A model generated the notes under the pieces. It ran no database searches, had not been told where the DNA came from, and worked only from the letters and a program-made list of their open reading frames with translations. The position numbers and the translations under genes are program-made. Shown in pieces: positions 19,864 through 29,501 of a stretch of 64,000 nt of DNA. Origin of the DNA: Actinomadura scrupuli (GTDB lineage Bacteria > Actinomycetota > Actinomycetes > Streptosporangiales > Streptosporangiaceae); assembly GCF_050971785.1 (NCBI RefSeq), contig NZ_JBPCCU010000012.1, positions 58,049 through 122,048 of the forward strand, read 5' to 3'. The first letter of the stretch is position 1, and each line of letters opens with the position of its first letter.

Positions 19864-21117
19864 TCACCCGATCCTGGCCGCGACGACGCCCACGTCGCGC
19901 AACATGTTCTCGGCGGTCGGCCCCGACCGGCGGGTCTCGCGGCGGCGCCGCAGCTCCCGCTCGACCAGCTCGCGGTCCAGGTCGAGGAAGGTCAGCGGTT
20001 CGAGCTCGTCCGCGACGGCGTCGGCGAAGAGCCGGTGCAGCGAGTCCTTGATGATGGCCCGGCCACCCAGGCCGGCGATGACGGTGTAGCCGTGCAACTG
20101 GATCCCGGACAGGGCCATCCTGACGTTGGCGGAGACGATCCCGCCGATACCGACGGCCAGCGCCTTCTCCAGCACGACGACCCGCCGCGCATGCCCCAGG
20201 GCCGCGCGCACCTGGTCGAGCGGGAAGGGCCGGAACGACGTGATGCCGACCACGCCGATCCGTGCCCCCTGGTCGCGCATCTCGTCGACGACGTCCTCGA
20301 TCGTGCCGAGCACCGAGCCGAGCGCCACGACGACGGTCTCGGCGTCCTCGGAGCGATACGTGCTGATCAGCCCGCCCGACGACCGGCCGAACGCCTCCGC
20401 GAACGACGCCGCGACCGCCGGGATGAGCTCCAGGGCCTGCATCTGCCGGGCGTGCGCGAGGTAGCGGACCTCGGTGAAGGCCTCCGGCCCTACCATGGCC
20501 CCGATCGAGACGGGGTCGTCCGGGTCCAGGACCTGGCGCGGTACGTACGGCGGCAGGAACGCGTCGACCTGCTCCTGCGACGGCATGTCCACCCGCTCGC
20601 AGGCGTGCGTCAGGATGAAGCCGTCCATGCACACCATCACCGGCAGCGACAGCTCCTCGGCGATCTTGAATGCCTGAATGTGCAGGTCGAGTGCCTCCTG
20701 GTTGGTCTCCGCGTACAACTGGATCCAGCCCGAGTCGCGCTGCGACATGGAGTCGCTGTGGTCGTTCCAGATGTTGATCGGAGCGCCGATCGCCCGGTTG
20801 GCCACTGTCATCACGATGGGCAGCCCGAGCCCGGAGGCGTTGTAGAGCGCCTCCACCATGTAGAGCAGCCCCTGGCTCGCCGTGGCGGTGTAGGTGCGGG
20901 CGCCGGCGGCGGAGGCGCCGATGCCCACGGACATGGCGGCGAACTCCGACTCCACGTTGACGAACTCGCAGGGCGCGAGCTCACCGGACTTCACCAGCCG
21001 GCTGAGCGCCTCCACGATGTGCGTCTGCGGCGAGATGGGGTATGCGCAGATCACCTCGGGGCGGCACAGCGCCACCGCCCTGGCGACGGCACGCGAACCC
21101 TCGGTCTGCTCAAGCAT
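19864..21117 (-). CDS. porA: pyruvate/2-oxoacid:ferredoxin oxidoreductase alpha subunit
   Basis: 417 aa with the PorA pattern (AYPISPQT...VESEFAAMSVGIGASAAGARTYTATASQGLLYM...). Confidence 0.8.
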   Translation of the reverse strand: MLEQTEGSRAVARAVALCRPEVICAYPISPQTHIVEALSRLVKSGELAPCEFVNVESEFAAMSVGIGASAAGARTYTATASQGLLYMVEALYNASGLGLPIVMTVANRAIGAPINIWNDHSDSMSQRDSGWIQLYAETNQEALDLHIQAFKIAEELSLPVMVCMDGFILTHACERVDMPSQEQVDAFLPPYVPRQVLDPDDPVSIGAMVGPEAFTEVRYLAHARQMQALELIPAVAASFAEAFGRSSGGLISTYRSEDAETVVVALGSVLGTIEDVVDEMRDQGARIGVVGITSFRPFPLDQVRAALGHARRVVVLEKALAVGIGGIVSANVRMALSGIQLHGYTVIAGLGGRAIIKDSLHRLFADAVADELEPLTFLDLDRELVERELRRRRETRRSGPTAENMLRDVGVVAARIG

Positions 21118-21691
21118 CGGCCGACTCCCCTATCTCGGTACGTACGAACTCGAAGGCCTCGGCGGCGGCGGCGCTGTTGCGGTCGCCGACCGGGCCCGGG
21201 AACCTCGCGCGGATCGCCGCCTGTACGGACTCCAGCGAGATCACCGCGCTGATCGCGGAGAAGCCGCCGAGGAGCACCGCGTTGGGCACCGGGCGGCCCA
21301 GGTGCTTGCGGGCCAGCTCGGTCGCCGGCACCGTCAGCAGGCGCTCGCGGCGGAAGCTCCCGGCGAACTCCCCCAGCCCCAGGCCGCCGAATCCGCGGGC
21401 GGAGTTGATGAGGATGTACCCGTCCGGGCTCAACCCGCTGAAGAGGTCGACCTGGTGCAGCAGCGTGGCGTCCTGGACGATCAGGGCGTCCGGCCGCATG
21501 ATCGGCTCCCGGACCCGGATCTCCTTGTCGTCGATCCGGCAGAAGGCCACGACCGGGGCGCCGGTGCGCTCCGAGCCGAAGGTGGGGAACGCCTGGGCGT
21601 ACCGGCCCTCGAGGAACGCGGCGACCGACAGCAGCTCGGCCGCCGTGACCACTCCCTGGCCGCCTCGCCCATGGACGCGTACCTGGAACAT
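21110..21691 (-). CDS. porG: pyruvate/2-oxoacid:ferredoxin oxidoreductase gamma subunit
   Basis: Start MFQVRVHGRGGQGVVTAAELLSVAAF (cat at 21689-21691), a POR_gamma-like fold. Overlaps the porA start. Confidence 0.75.
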   Translation of the reverse strand: MFQVRVHGRGGQGVVTAAELLSVAAFLEGRYAQAFPTFGSERTGAPVVAFCRIDDKEIRVREPIMRPDALIVQDATLLHQVDLFSGLSPDGYILINSARGFGGLGLGEFAGSFRRERLLTVPATELARKHLGRPVPNAVLLGGFSAISAVISLESVQAAIRARFPGPVGDRNSAAAAEAFEFVRTEIGESADA

Positions 21692-22012
21692 CGCGGGCCT
21701 CACTCTCTCTCGTCGCCGCCGGTCGCCGCGGGGTCGCCACCTGTCTAACCCGGCACCACGTGCCGGCAGCAGGGGCGAACGTCCCGGGTGGCGGGGACGT
21801 CCTTCGGCCAGGCGCCCGAGGGACCGGCCTGCCGCGACCACCGGGACCGATGTCACCGGCGGATGGGACCTCCGCACCTACGCCGGGCCGGCCGAATGGG
21901 CGAACGTTGCAGACAGGCCGGCCAGGAGCACACCGGAGCCACCTCGACCGTCGGGTACCTGGCCGGCCGAACCAGGCGAGCACCGCCGCGCAGAGAAGGA
22001 AGGGCTGACGCG

Positions 22013-22699
22013 ATGAGACGACGAACCGTACGAGACGTGATGACGACGGCGGTGGTGAGCGCCTACGAGGACGCCGACTTCAAGGACATCGTCACCATGA
22101 TGGCCAAGCGCGGTATCAGCGCGCTCCCGGTGATCGGCGACGAGCATCGGGTGATCGGCGTGGTCTCCGAGGCCGACCTGCTGGCCAAGGAGGAGCACAA
22201 GCAGGACGACGACCGGCGGCGGCTGCTGGAGAGCCGCCATGACCGCCTATCGCGGGCCAAGGCCCAGGGATCGACGGCGGGCGAGATCATGTCCGCTCCC
22301 GCGATCACCGTCCGGCCGGGGACGACGGTCGTGGAGGCGGCACGGATGCTGGACCGGCACCGGGTGAAGCGCCTGCCGGTGGTGGACGAGCAGATGCGTC
22401 TGGTCGGCATCGTCAGCCGCCGCGACCTGCTTCGGGTGTTCATACGCCCGGACAAAGAGATCCGCAAGGAGATCGTCGAAGAGGTCTTCAAGCGCCTGCT
22501 GTGGATCGACCCCGAGGCCGATGGCCTGACGGTGACGGTCGACAAGGGCGTCGTGACGCTGACCGGCGAGCTCGAGGTGGACAGCCTGATCCCGCTGGCC
22601 ATCCGGATGACCGCCGCGACCGACGGCGTCGTCGACGTGATCGGGCGGCTCACCTCCCCGGAGGACGCCGGATCCGCCCGGCCGCCACTGCGCACCTGA
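22013..22699 (+). CDS. CBS-pair plus BON domain protein
   Basis: Start ATG 22013 with RBS GAAGGAAGG. Two CBS motifs (VMTTAVVSAYEDADFKDIVTMMAKRGISALPVI; IMSAPAITVRPGTTVVEAARMLDRHRVKRLPVV) and a C-terminal BON-like segment (LTVTVDKGVVTLTGEL). Confidence 0.7.
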   Translation: MRRRTVRDVMTTAVVSAYEDADFKDIVTMMAKRGISALPVIGDEHRVIGVVSEADLLAKEEHKQDDDRRRLLESRHDRLSRAKAQGSTAGEIMSAPAITVRPGTTVVEAARMLDRHRVKRLPVVDEQMRLVGIVSRRDLLRVFIRPDKEIRKEIVEEVFKRLLWIDPEADGLTVTVDKGVVTLTGELEVDSLIPLAIRMTAATDGVVDVIGRLTSPEDAGSARPPLRT

Positions 22700-22744
22700 A
22701 CCCGGTGACGGTGCCGCCGGACAACCGGAAGACGAGGACATGAC

Positions 22745-23932
22745 ATGAGAACCAGCACGGTGGGGGTCGTCAGGGAGCGGGCACCCGGTGAGCGCCGGGT
22801 GGCCCTGGTCCCCGACTCCATCGTACGACTGCGATCGATGCCGGGACCGGCGGGCGGCGACGGCACGGAGCCGGCGGTCCTCGTCGAGTCCGGCGCCGGC
22901 AAGGCGGCCTGGTTCGACGACGACTCGTACGTGAAGGCAGGCGCGACGATCGTGCCGGCCGGTGAGCTCTACGAGCGAGCCGACATCATCGTCTGCGTGG
23001 GGCCGCCCGACCCTGCCCCGCTGCGCGCCGGGCAACTGCTGGTCGGAACGCTCGAGCCCCTTTCGCGCCCTGACCTCGTCCGCCGGCTGGCCCGCCAGGG
23101 CGTCACCGCGGTCAGCCTGGACATGGTGCCGCGAACGCTCAGCCGGGCCCAGACCATGGACGTGCTGAGCTCCCAGGCGAACATCGCCGGCTACAAGGCC
23201 GTCCTGCTCGCGGCCGGCGCGTACGGCGGCTATTTCCCGATGCTGACGACGGCCGCGGGGACGATGCGGCCCGCGGCGGTGCTCATCCTCGGCACCGGCG
23301 TGGCCGGGCTCCAGGCGATCGGCACCGCCCACCGTCTGGGCGCCGTCGTCACGGCCTACGACGTCCGCCCCGAGACCAGGGAGGAGGTCCACTCGCTCGG
23401 TGCCCGGTTCCTCGACCTCGCCGCACCAGGAACTGCTTCCGGCACGAACGGGTACGCCAGGGAACTGACCGGCACCGAACGCCGGGCTCAGCAACAGGCG
23501 CTCGACGAGCGCGTCGCCGACTTCGACGTGGTGATCACCACCGCCCGGGTCCCCGGCAGGCGCCCGCCGGTACTGGTCACCGCGGAAGCACTGAAGGGCA
23601 TGCGACCCGGATCCGTCGTCCTCGACACGGCGGCGGGCGCGCTGGGCGGCAACGTCGAAGGATCCGAACCCGACACCACCACAGTGCTGGAGAACGGGGT
23701 CACCGTGATCGGTGCCGGCAATCTGCCCGCGACCATGCCCACCGCGGCCTCCACCGCGTACGCCCGTAACGTCAGCGCACTGCTGACGTACCTGATGCAC
23801 GACGGCGCCCCAGTGATCGATCCGGCCGACGAGATCCAGGCCGGAGTGGTCATCACCCACGGCGGTGCCGTCGTCAACCCCGCCGTCGCCCGGCTGCTCG
23901 ACGGCGAACCCCGCACCGGAGGTCCGACATGA
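22745..23932 (+). CDS. pntAA: NAD(P) transhydrogenase subunit alpha part 1 (dI, NAD(H)-binding)
   Basis: 395 aa with the AlaDH/PNT-type Rossmann region (LILGTGVAGLQAIGTAHRLGAVVTAYD). Stop overlaps the next start (ATGA at 23929). Confidence 0.85.
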   Translation: MRTSTVGVVRERAPGERRVALVPDSIVRLRSMPGPAGGDGTEPAVLVESGAGKAAWFDDDSYVKAGATIVPAGELYERADIIVCVGPPDPAPLRAGQLLVGTLEPLSRPDLVRRLARQGVTAVSLDMVPRTLSRAQTMDVLSSQANIAGYKAVLLAAGAYGGYFPMLTTAAGTMRPAAVLILGTGVAGLQAIGTAHRLGAVVTAYDVRPETREEVHSLGARFLDLAAPGTASGTNGYARELTGTERRAQQQALDERVADFDVVITTARVPGRRPPVLVTAEALKGMRPGSVVLDTAAGALGGNVEGSEPDTTTVLENGVTVIGAGNLPATMPTAASTAYARNVSALLTYLMHDGAPVIDPADEIQAGVVITHGGAVVNPAVARLLDGEPRTGGPT

Positions 23933-24276
23933 GCATCGACCTGCTCACCGCCATCACCGTGTTCGTGCTCAGCCTGCTCCTCGGTTTCGAGGTCATCAGC
24001 AAGGTTCCGGCCACCCTGCACACGCCACTGATGTCCGGCGCCAACGCGATCCACGGAATCGTCGTCATCGGGGCGATGCTCATCACCGCCGCGGCCCACG
24101 ACACGGTCGGCTACGTGCTGGCCTTCGTCGCGGTCGCCTTCGGTGCGATGAACGTCGTCGGCGGATACGTGGTGACCGACCGCATGCTGCGCATGTTCCG
24201 CCCCCACCGCACCGAGCCGTCCCGCACCGGCTCCCAGCCGGCCGGGCACGGTGCGGCCGACCGATCGGAGCGCTGA
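23929..24276 (+). CDS. pntAB: NAD(P) transhydrogenase subunit alpha part 2 (membrane dII-alpha)
   Basis: 115 aa with three TM helices. PntAB pattern (LTAITVFVLSLLLGFEVISKVPATLHTPLMSGANAIHGIVVIGA). Confidence 0.8.
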   Translation: MSIDLLTAITVFVLSLLLGFEVISKVPATLHTPLMSGANAIHGIVVIGAMLITAAAHDTVGYVLAFVAVAFGAMNVVGGYVVTDRMLRMFRPHRTEPSRTGSQPAGHGAADRSER

Positions 24277-24281
24277 ACGTC

Positions 24282-25688
24282 ATGGGCACCACCGAGACCC
24301 TCGTCCGCTACCTCCTCCTCGGCGCCGCCGCCTGCTTCGTGCTCGGCCTGCACCTGATGAACCGACCGGCGACCGCCCGCCGGGGGAACCTGCTCTCGGC
24401 CACCGCCATGACGGTGGCGGTGGGCGGCACCGCCGCCCTGCTGGTCGAGGACGGCGCCATCGGCACCACCGGCTGGATCGTGCTGATCGTCGCGGCCGGT
24501 ATCGGATCCGCCGCCGGCCTGTACCTGGCTCGGTCGGTCCAGATGACGGCGATGCCGCAGCTGGTGAGCCTGTTCAACGCCGTGGGCGGGGGCGCCGCGG
24601 CACTGCTCGCGATCGACGACGTGCTGCGGGCCGGGCCCGGCGGGCCGCCTGTGCGGACCACCGTGCCCGCGGCACTGGACATCCTGATCGGTGCCGTCAC
24701 CTTCGCAGGCTCGCTCGTCGCCGCCGGCAAGCTCCAGGGATTGCTGCCCGGCAGGCCGATCGTGTTCCGGGGCGCGCGGGTGGTCAACCTCGCGCTGCCT
24801 GCGATGTTCGGGACCGGCGTCATCTGGCTGGTGGCCGACCCGGCGAGCTCCGCCCCGCTCCTCGTCCTCTCGTTCGCCGCGCTGGCCTTCGGCGTCACCA
24901 TGGTGCTGCCGATCGGTGGCGCGGACATGCCGGTGGTGATCTCACTGCTCAATGCCTTCACCGGCACCGCGGTCGCGATGGCCGGCTTCGTCCTCGGCGA
25001 ACTCGTCCTCATCATCGGTGGCGCCCTGGTGGGCGCGTCCGGCGCCATCCTCACCAAACTCATGGCGGACGCCATGAACCGGTCGATCATCAGCATCATC
25101 GTCGGCGGGTTCGGCACCGGCGACGGCGGGCCGGTGGCCGACGCCACCGCCGCCCCGGTCCGCACGGTCACCGCCGACGATGTGGCGATCCAGCTCGCCT
25201 ACGCCGGGAGAGTGATCATCGTGCCGGGCTACGGACTCGCCGCCGCCCAGGCCCAGCACGAGCTCGCCGAACTCGCGCACCTGCTGGAAGACCGTGGCGT
25301 CGATGTCTGCCACGCCATCCACCCCGTCGCCGGCCGGATGCCCGGGCACATGAACGTCCTGCTCGCGGAGGCCAATGTCCCCTACCCCCGGCTGAGGGAA
25401 CTGGAGGACATCAACCCGCAGTTCCCCCAGGCCGACGTGGCCCTGGTCATCGGCGCCAACGACGTCACGAATCCGGCCGCCCGCCGCCCCGGGAACCCGA
25501 TCTCCGGAATGCCCATCCTCGACGTCGATAAGGCCAGGAGCGTCATCGTCATCAAACGTTCCATGGGCCACGGCTACGCCGACATCGGCAACGAGCTCTT
25601 CACGGGCCCGAGGACGGGCATGTTCTTCACCGACGCGAAGCAGGGCCTCACCGAGGTGATCGCCGCGGTCCGCACCTTCGTCGGCTGA
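24282..25688 (+). CDS. pntB: NAD(P) transhydrogenase subunit beta (dII/dIII, NADP(H)-binding)
   Basis: Start MGTTETLVRY at 24282. Polytopic N-terminal region plus C-terminal dIII (VIIVPGYGLAAAQAQH...GANDVTNPAA...MPILDVDKARSVIVIKRSMGHGYADIGNELF). Confidence 0.85.
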   Translation: MGTTETLVRYLLLGAAACFVLGLHLMNRPATARRGNLLSATAMTVAVGGTAALLVEDGAIGTTGWIVLIVAAGIGSAAGLYLARSVQMTAMPQLVSLFNAVGGGAAALLAIDDVLRAGPGGPPVRTTVPAALDILIGAVTFAGSLVAAGKLQGLLPGRPIVFRGARVVNLALPAMFGTGVIWLVADPASSAPLLVLSFAALAFGVTMVLPIGGADMPVVISLLNAFTGTAVAMAGFVLGELVLIIGGALVGASGAILTKLMADAMNRSIISIIVGGFGTGDGGPVADATAAPVRTVTADDVAIQLAYAGRVIIVPGYGLAAAQAQHELAELAHLLEDRGVDVCHAIHPVAGRMPGHMNVLLAEANVPYPRLRELEDINPQFPQADVALVIGANDVTNPAARRPGNPISGMPILDVDKARSVIVIKRSMGHGYADIGNELFTGPRTGMFFTDAKQGLTEVIAAVRTFVG

Positions 25689-25747
25689 CGGCCGGGCCCG
25701 GCATCGCCGCGAGATCACCTGAAGCGGCCGGATAGCGTTGACCTCCT

Positions 25748-27388
25748 ATGAGTGCCACTGTTGTCGTGAAGAGTCTCGCCGCCGGGCACGGCGATCGCGC
25801 CCTGTTCTCCGGGCTCGACCTGGTCGTCTCCCCCGGTGACGTCATCGGCCTGGTCGGGGCCAACGGCGCCGGGAAGTCGACGCTGCTGCGGACCCTCGGC
25901 GGGCTGATCGCCCCCGAGGACGGCTCCGTACAGCTCAGTCCCTCGTCGGCGGCCGTCGGCTACCTGCCGCAGGAACCCGAGCGCCGTACGGGTGAGACCG
26001 TGGCCGGCTTCCTCGCCCGGCGTACGGGGGTGGCGCAGGCCCAGCGCGACCTGGACACCGCCACCGAGGGGCTGGTCGAGGGGCGTGACGGCGCCGACGA
26101 CGAGTACTCGGCCGCGCTGGAACGCTGGCTGGCCCTGGGCGGAGCCGACCTGGAGGACCGGGCCGGTGAGGTGGCCGCCGAACTGGGCCTGGCGATCGGC
26201 CTCGACCAGCCGATGACGTCGCTGTCCGGTGGCCAGGCGGCCCGGGCCGGAATGGCGTCGCTGCTGCTCAGCCGCTATGACGTCTTCCTGCTCGACGAGC
26301 CCACCAACGACCTCGACCTGGACGGCCTTTCGCGGCTGGAGCGCTTCGTACAGGGGCTGCGGGCCGGGACGGTGCTGGTCAGCCACGACCGCGAGTTCCT
26401 GACCCGGACCGTCACCCGGGTGGTCGAACTGGACCTGGCGCAGCAGCAGGTGAACACCTACGGCGGTGGTTACGCGGGCTATCTGGCCGAGCGCGAGGTC
26501 GCCCGCCGGCACGCCCGGGAGGAGTACGAGGAGTACGCCGACACCCGCTCCTCGCTGGAGGCCCGTGGGCGCACCCAGCGGGCCTGGATGGAGAAGGGCG
26601 TCAAGAACGCCCGCCGCAAGGCCCCCGACAACGACAAGATCGGCCGTAAGTTCCGGGCCGAGGCGACGGAGAAGCAGGCCGCGAAAGCCCGTCAGACCGA
26701 CCGGATGATCGAGCGTCTCGACGTGGTCGAGGAGCCCCGCAAGGAGTGGGAGCTGCGGATGGAGATCGCCGCCGCACCGCGCGCCGGTGCGGTGGTGGCC
26801 ACCCTGCGCTCCGCGGTCGTACGGCTCGGCGCCTTCACCCTGGGCCCGGTCGATCTGGAGATCGGCTGGGCCGAACGCGTGGCGATCACCGGGGCCAACG
26901 GAGCCGGCAAGTCGACGCTGCTCGCCGCCCTGCTGGGCCGGGTCGTCCCCGACGAGGGGCACGCGTCGCTGGGCGCGGGCGTGGTGGTCGGCGAGGTCGA
27001 CCAGGCCCGGGGGCTGTTCCTGGGCGACGAGGCACTGCTGGACGCCTTCGGCGCCGTGGTGCCCGAGCTGACCCCGGCCGACATCCGTACCCTGCTGGCG
27101 AAGTTCGGCCTGCGCGCCGCCCACGTGATGCGGCCCGCCGCGACCCTGTCCCCCGGCGAGCGGACCCGCGCCGCCCTGGCCCTGCTGCAGGCCCGCGGGG
27201 TGAACCTGCTGGTGCTGGACGAGCCGACCAACCACCTCGACCTGCCGGCGATCGAGCAGCTGGAATCCGCCCTGGAGTCCTTCCCGGGCACCCTGCTGCT
27301 GGTCACCCACGACCGCCGCATGCTCGACGCCGTCAGTGTCACCCGCCGCCTCCAGGTCGCCGACGGACGGGTCCAAGAGCTCGGCTGA
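25748..27388 (+). CDS. ABC-F family ATPase (two ABC cassettes, no TM domain; EttA/ARE-like translation factor)
   Basis: 546 aa with Walker A GANGAGKST twice, signature LSGGQ/LSPGE twice, Walker B LLDEPTN twice, and an Arg/Lys-rich inter-domain linker. Confidence 0.8.
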   Translation: MSATVVVKSLAAGHGDRALFSGLDLVVSPGDVIGLVGANGAGKSTLLRTLGGLIAPEDGSVQLSPSSAAVGYLPQEPERRTGETVAGFLARRTGVAQAQRDLDTATEGLVEGRDGADDEYSAALERWLALGGADLEDRAGEVAAELGLAIGLDQPMTSLSGGQAARAGMASLLLSRYDVFLLDEPTNDLDLDGLSRLERFVQGLRAGTVLVSHDREFLTRTVTRVVELDLAQQQVNTYGGGYAGYLAEREVARRHAREEYEEYADTRSSLEARGRTQRAWMEKGVKNARRKAPDNDKIGRKFRAEATEKQAAKARQTDRMIERLDVVEEPRKEWELRMEIAAAPRAGAVVATLRSAVVRLGAFTLGPVDLEIGWAERVAITGANGAGKSTLLAALLGRVVPDEGHASLGAGVVVGEVDQARGLFLGDEALLDAFGAVVPELTPADIRTLLAKFGLRAAHVMRPAATLSPGERTRAALALLQARGVNLLVLDEPTNHLDLPAIEQLESALESFPGTLLLVTHDRRMLDAVSVTRRLQVADGRVQELG

Positions 27389-27464
27389 CCGGCATCTGCC
27401 GGAGTGGATTCTCGAATCGATCATACGTTCGATAAATGTCGGTGGGGCCGCATAGGTTCGGGGC

Positions 27465-28949
27465 ATGCGGACGCTCGCGGAGCTGGAGGTGGCTTCCACC
27501 GGAGAGCTGGTGGAGCTGGTCCATGCCGCCCTGGGCCGGCTGGCAGAGCGTCCCGCTCCGGACTGCCCGATCACCGCGATGGAGCTGGCCGAGCGGCTGG
27601 CGGCGGGGCTGGATCTGGGTGAGGCCGCGATGGCCGGCATGGTGGCGGTGGCCGACGCGGCGGCAGCACCGGCGGCGCAGCGTTACGCCGGGACCCGTGG
27701 CTGGCTCAAGGTCGCGCTCGGAATGCGCAACGGCCGCGCCGACGAGCGGCTGACGCTGGCCCGGCAGTTACCCCGGCTGCCCCGGGTCACCGAGATGCTC
27801 GCCGCAGAGAAGCTGTCCTTCGGCCATGCGGCGACGATCGCCGACGCGGTCGCCCACCTGTCCGATTCCGACTGTGCGAAGGCCGAGGAGTTGTTACTCG
27901 GCATGGTCGCCGAGGGGTTCTCGGCCACCAAGGTCGCCAAGCTCGGCGCACGGATCAAGGACGTGATCGCTGAACGGGACGGCACGGAGGACCCCGGCGA
28001 AGACGCCCGGCGCGGCGATCGCTCCTGGTGGCGGCTGTCGAAGTCGCTGAGCGGCGCCGGAGCGGTCAAGGGCTGGTTCGACCCCGAGTTGCTCGCACTC
28101 GTCAACGACCGGCTCGGCCCGCTGGCGAAGCCCTCGGGTCCCGAGGACGACCGCGATCACGCCCAGCGGATGGCGGACGCGCTGCGCATGATGCTCTCCG
28201 GCGGCGGTTCCAACTGGAACGCCACCCTTGTCATCAAGCTCACCGGGGGCCGTGGTCAGAGCTCCCGCTCCGGCCACGGCTCTGCTGGGGCTCCGGGCGC
28301 CCACTGTGGTGCCGGCCCGGTCGCCCCTCGAACTGCGGCCCCGGACGGCGCTGAGGCCATCGCCCCCGTCTTCGACCTGAGCTCGGGCACCGGTGGCGGA
28401 GAGGCAGCCGGTTTGCCGCGGTGGGCCGCCGGTGCTGACGCGTGCGCCGGTAACGGCGGGGAGCCACCGCTCTCCCGGTCGGCCGGTGCCGTGCCTTGTC
28501 CGAGATGGCCGCTGGAGGACGCGCGAGTGTCGGCACGGCTGGCGGACGGCACGCCGATACGACCTGAGCAGGCCCGGATCATCGCTCTCAACGCTGGCAT
28601 CTCGACATTGATCCTCGGACCGGACGGAATTCCGCTCTACCTCGGGCGCCGGGTGCGGCTCGTGACCTCCGGCCAGCGAATGGCACTGGAGGCGCTGTAC
28701 GAGACCTGTGCCAGTGATGAGTGCGACATCCCGGTGCGGTTCTGCCAGCTCGATCACGTACTCAACTGGGTCGATGGCGGAACAACCGATATCGACCTTT
28801 TAGCCCCGGCATGCGCCTTCCATAACCGGCTGAAATACGCCCATTCCGAGTGGGTGACGGTGACTCGTGACAGGACCGGCCGGTGGCGCTACTCCATCCG
28901 CAGACCCCGTCCCCGCTGGGCAGGACGCGACCGCGCCCGTGGTCCGTGA
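27465..28949 (+). CDS. DUF222 (13E12-repeat type) protein with C-terminal HNH endonuclease domain
   Basis: 494 aa with a C-terminal HNH signature (CASDECDIPVRFCQLDHVLNWVDGGTTDIDLLAPACAFHNRLKYA). Confidence 0.7.
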   Translation: MRTLAELEVASTGELVELVHAALGRLAERPAPDCPITAMELAERLAAGLDLGEAAMAGMVAVADAAAAPAAQRYAGTRGWLKVALGMRNGRADERLTLARQLPRLPRVTEMLAAEKLSFGHAATIADAVAHLSDSDCAKAEELLLGMVAEGFSATKVAKLGARIKDVIAERDGTEDPGEDARRGDRSWWRLSKSLSGAGAVKGWFDPELLALVNDRLGPLAKPSGPEDDRDHAQRMADALRMMLSGGGSNWNATLVIKLTGGRGQSSRSGHGSAGAPGAHCGAGPVAPRTAAPDGAEAIAPVFDLSSGTGGGEAAGLPRWAAGADACAGNGGEPPLSRSAGAVPCPRWPLEDARVSARLADGTPIRPEQARIIALNAGISTLILGPDGIPLYLGRRVRLVTSGQRMALEALYETCASDECDIPVRFCQLDHVLNWVDGGTTDIDLLAPACAFHNRLKYAHSEWVTVTRDRTGRWRYSIRRPRPRWAGRDRARGP

Positions 28950-28982
28950 TCACCGGCGTTCACGGTACCCACCGCGGGCGTT

Positions 28983-29339
28983 TCAGTCATCGAGGTCGTA
29001 TGCCACCGGGTGACGTGGCTGGTAGAGAGAGAGTTCGGACCCGCTCGGCAGCCTGATCGACGCCAGCACACCCCAGCCCGCGTCGCTGATCGGCTGGGAG
29101 ACCTCGACTCCCTTCGCGGTCAGCGTTGCCAGCGTGGACTCGAGGTCGTCGCACATCAGGTAGAACTCGTGCTTCCCCTCCCCGTCGGTGGGGTGCACTC
29201 CCACCTCGGCGGGCGGCAGCTTGAAGATCAGCCAGCCTCCGCCGGCGTCGACGCCGGCGAAGCCGAGCACGTCGCGGATGAACTGCCGGTCGGCATCCGC
29301 ATCCCGACTGTAAATGATCACATGCGTGCCGTTGATCAT
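28983..29339 (-). CDS. VOC/glyoxalase-family small protein
   Basis: Start MINGTHVIIYSRDADADRQFIRDVLGF (cat at 29337-29339), 118 aa. The six-frame ORF extends artefactually to 29810. Confidence 0.6.
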   Translation of the reverse strand: MINGTHVIIYSRDADADRQFIRDVLGFAGVDAGGGWLIFKLPPAEVGVHPTDGEGKHEFYLMCDDLESTLATLTAKGVEVSQPISDAGWGVLASIRLPSGSELSLYQPRHPVAYDLDD

Positions 29340-29501
29340 ATTCCCTCTATCGTTCGCCGACGAAATGTCAGGTTCGACCCTCAGAAGGGCTGACTCGCGA
29401 ATACTGATCTGCAGGCTACGACAGCTCTTCCGTCCGCGCGCGGACGGTCGAAGGGTGGTGCCGCCGGAGCGGGGCTGATAGGACGGTGAGGAAGATCGGC
29501 G

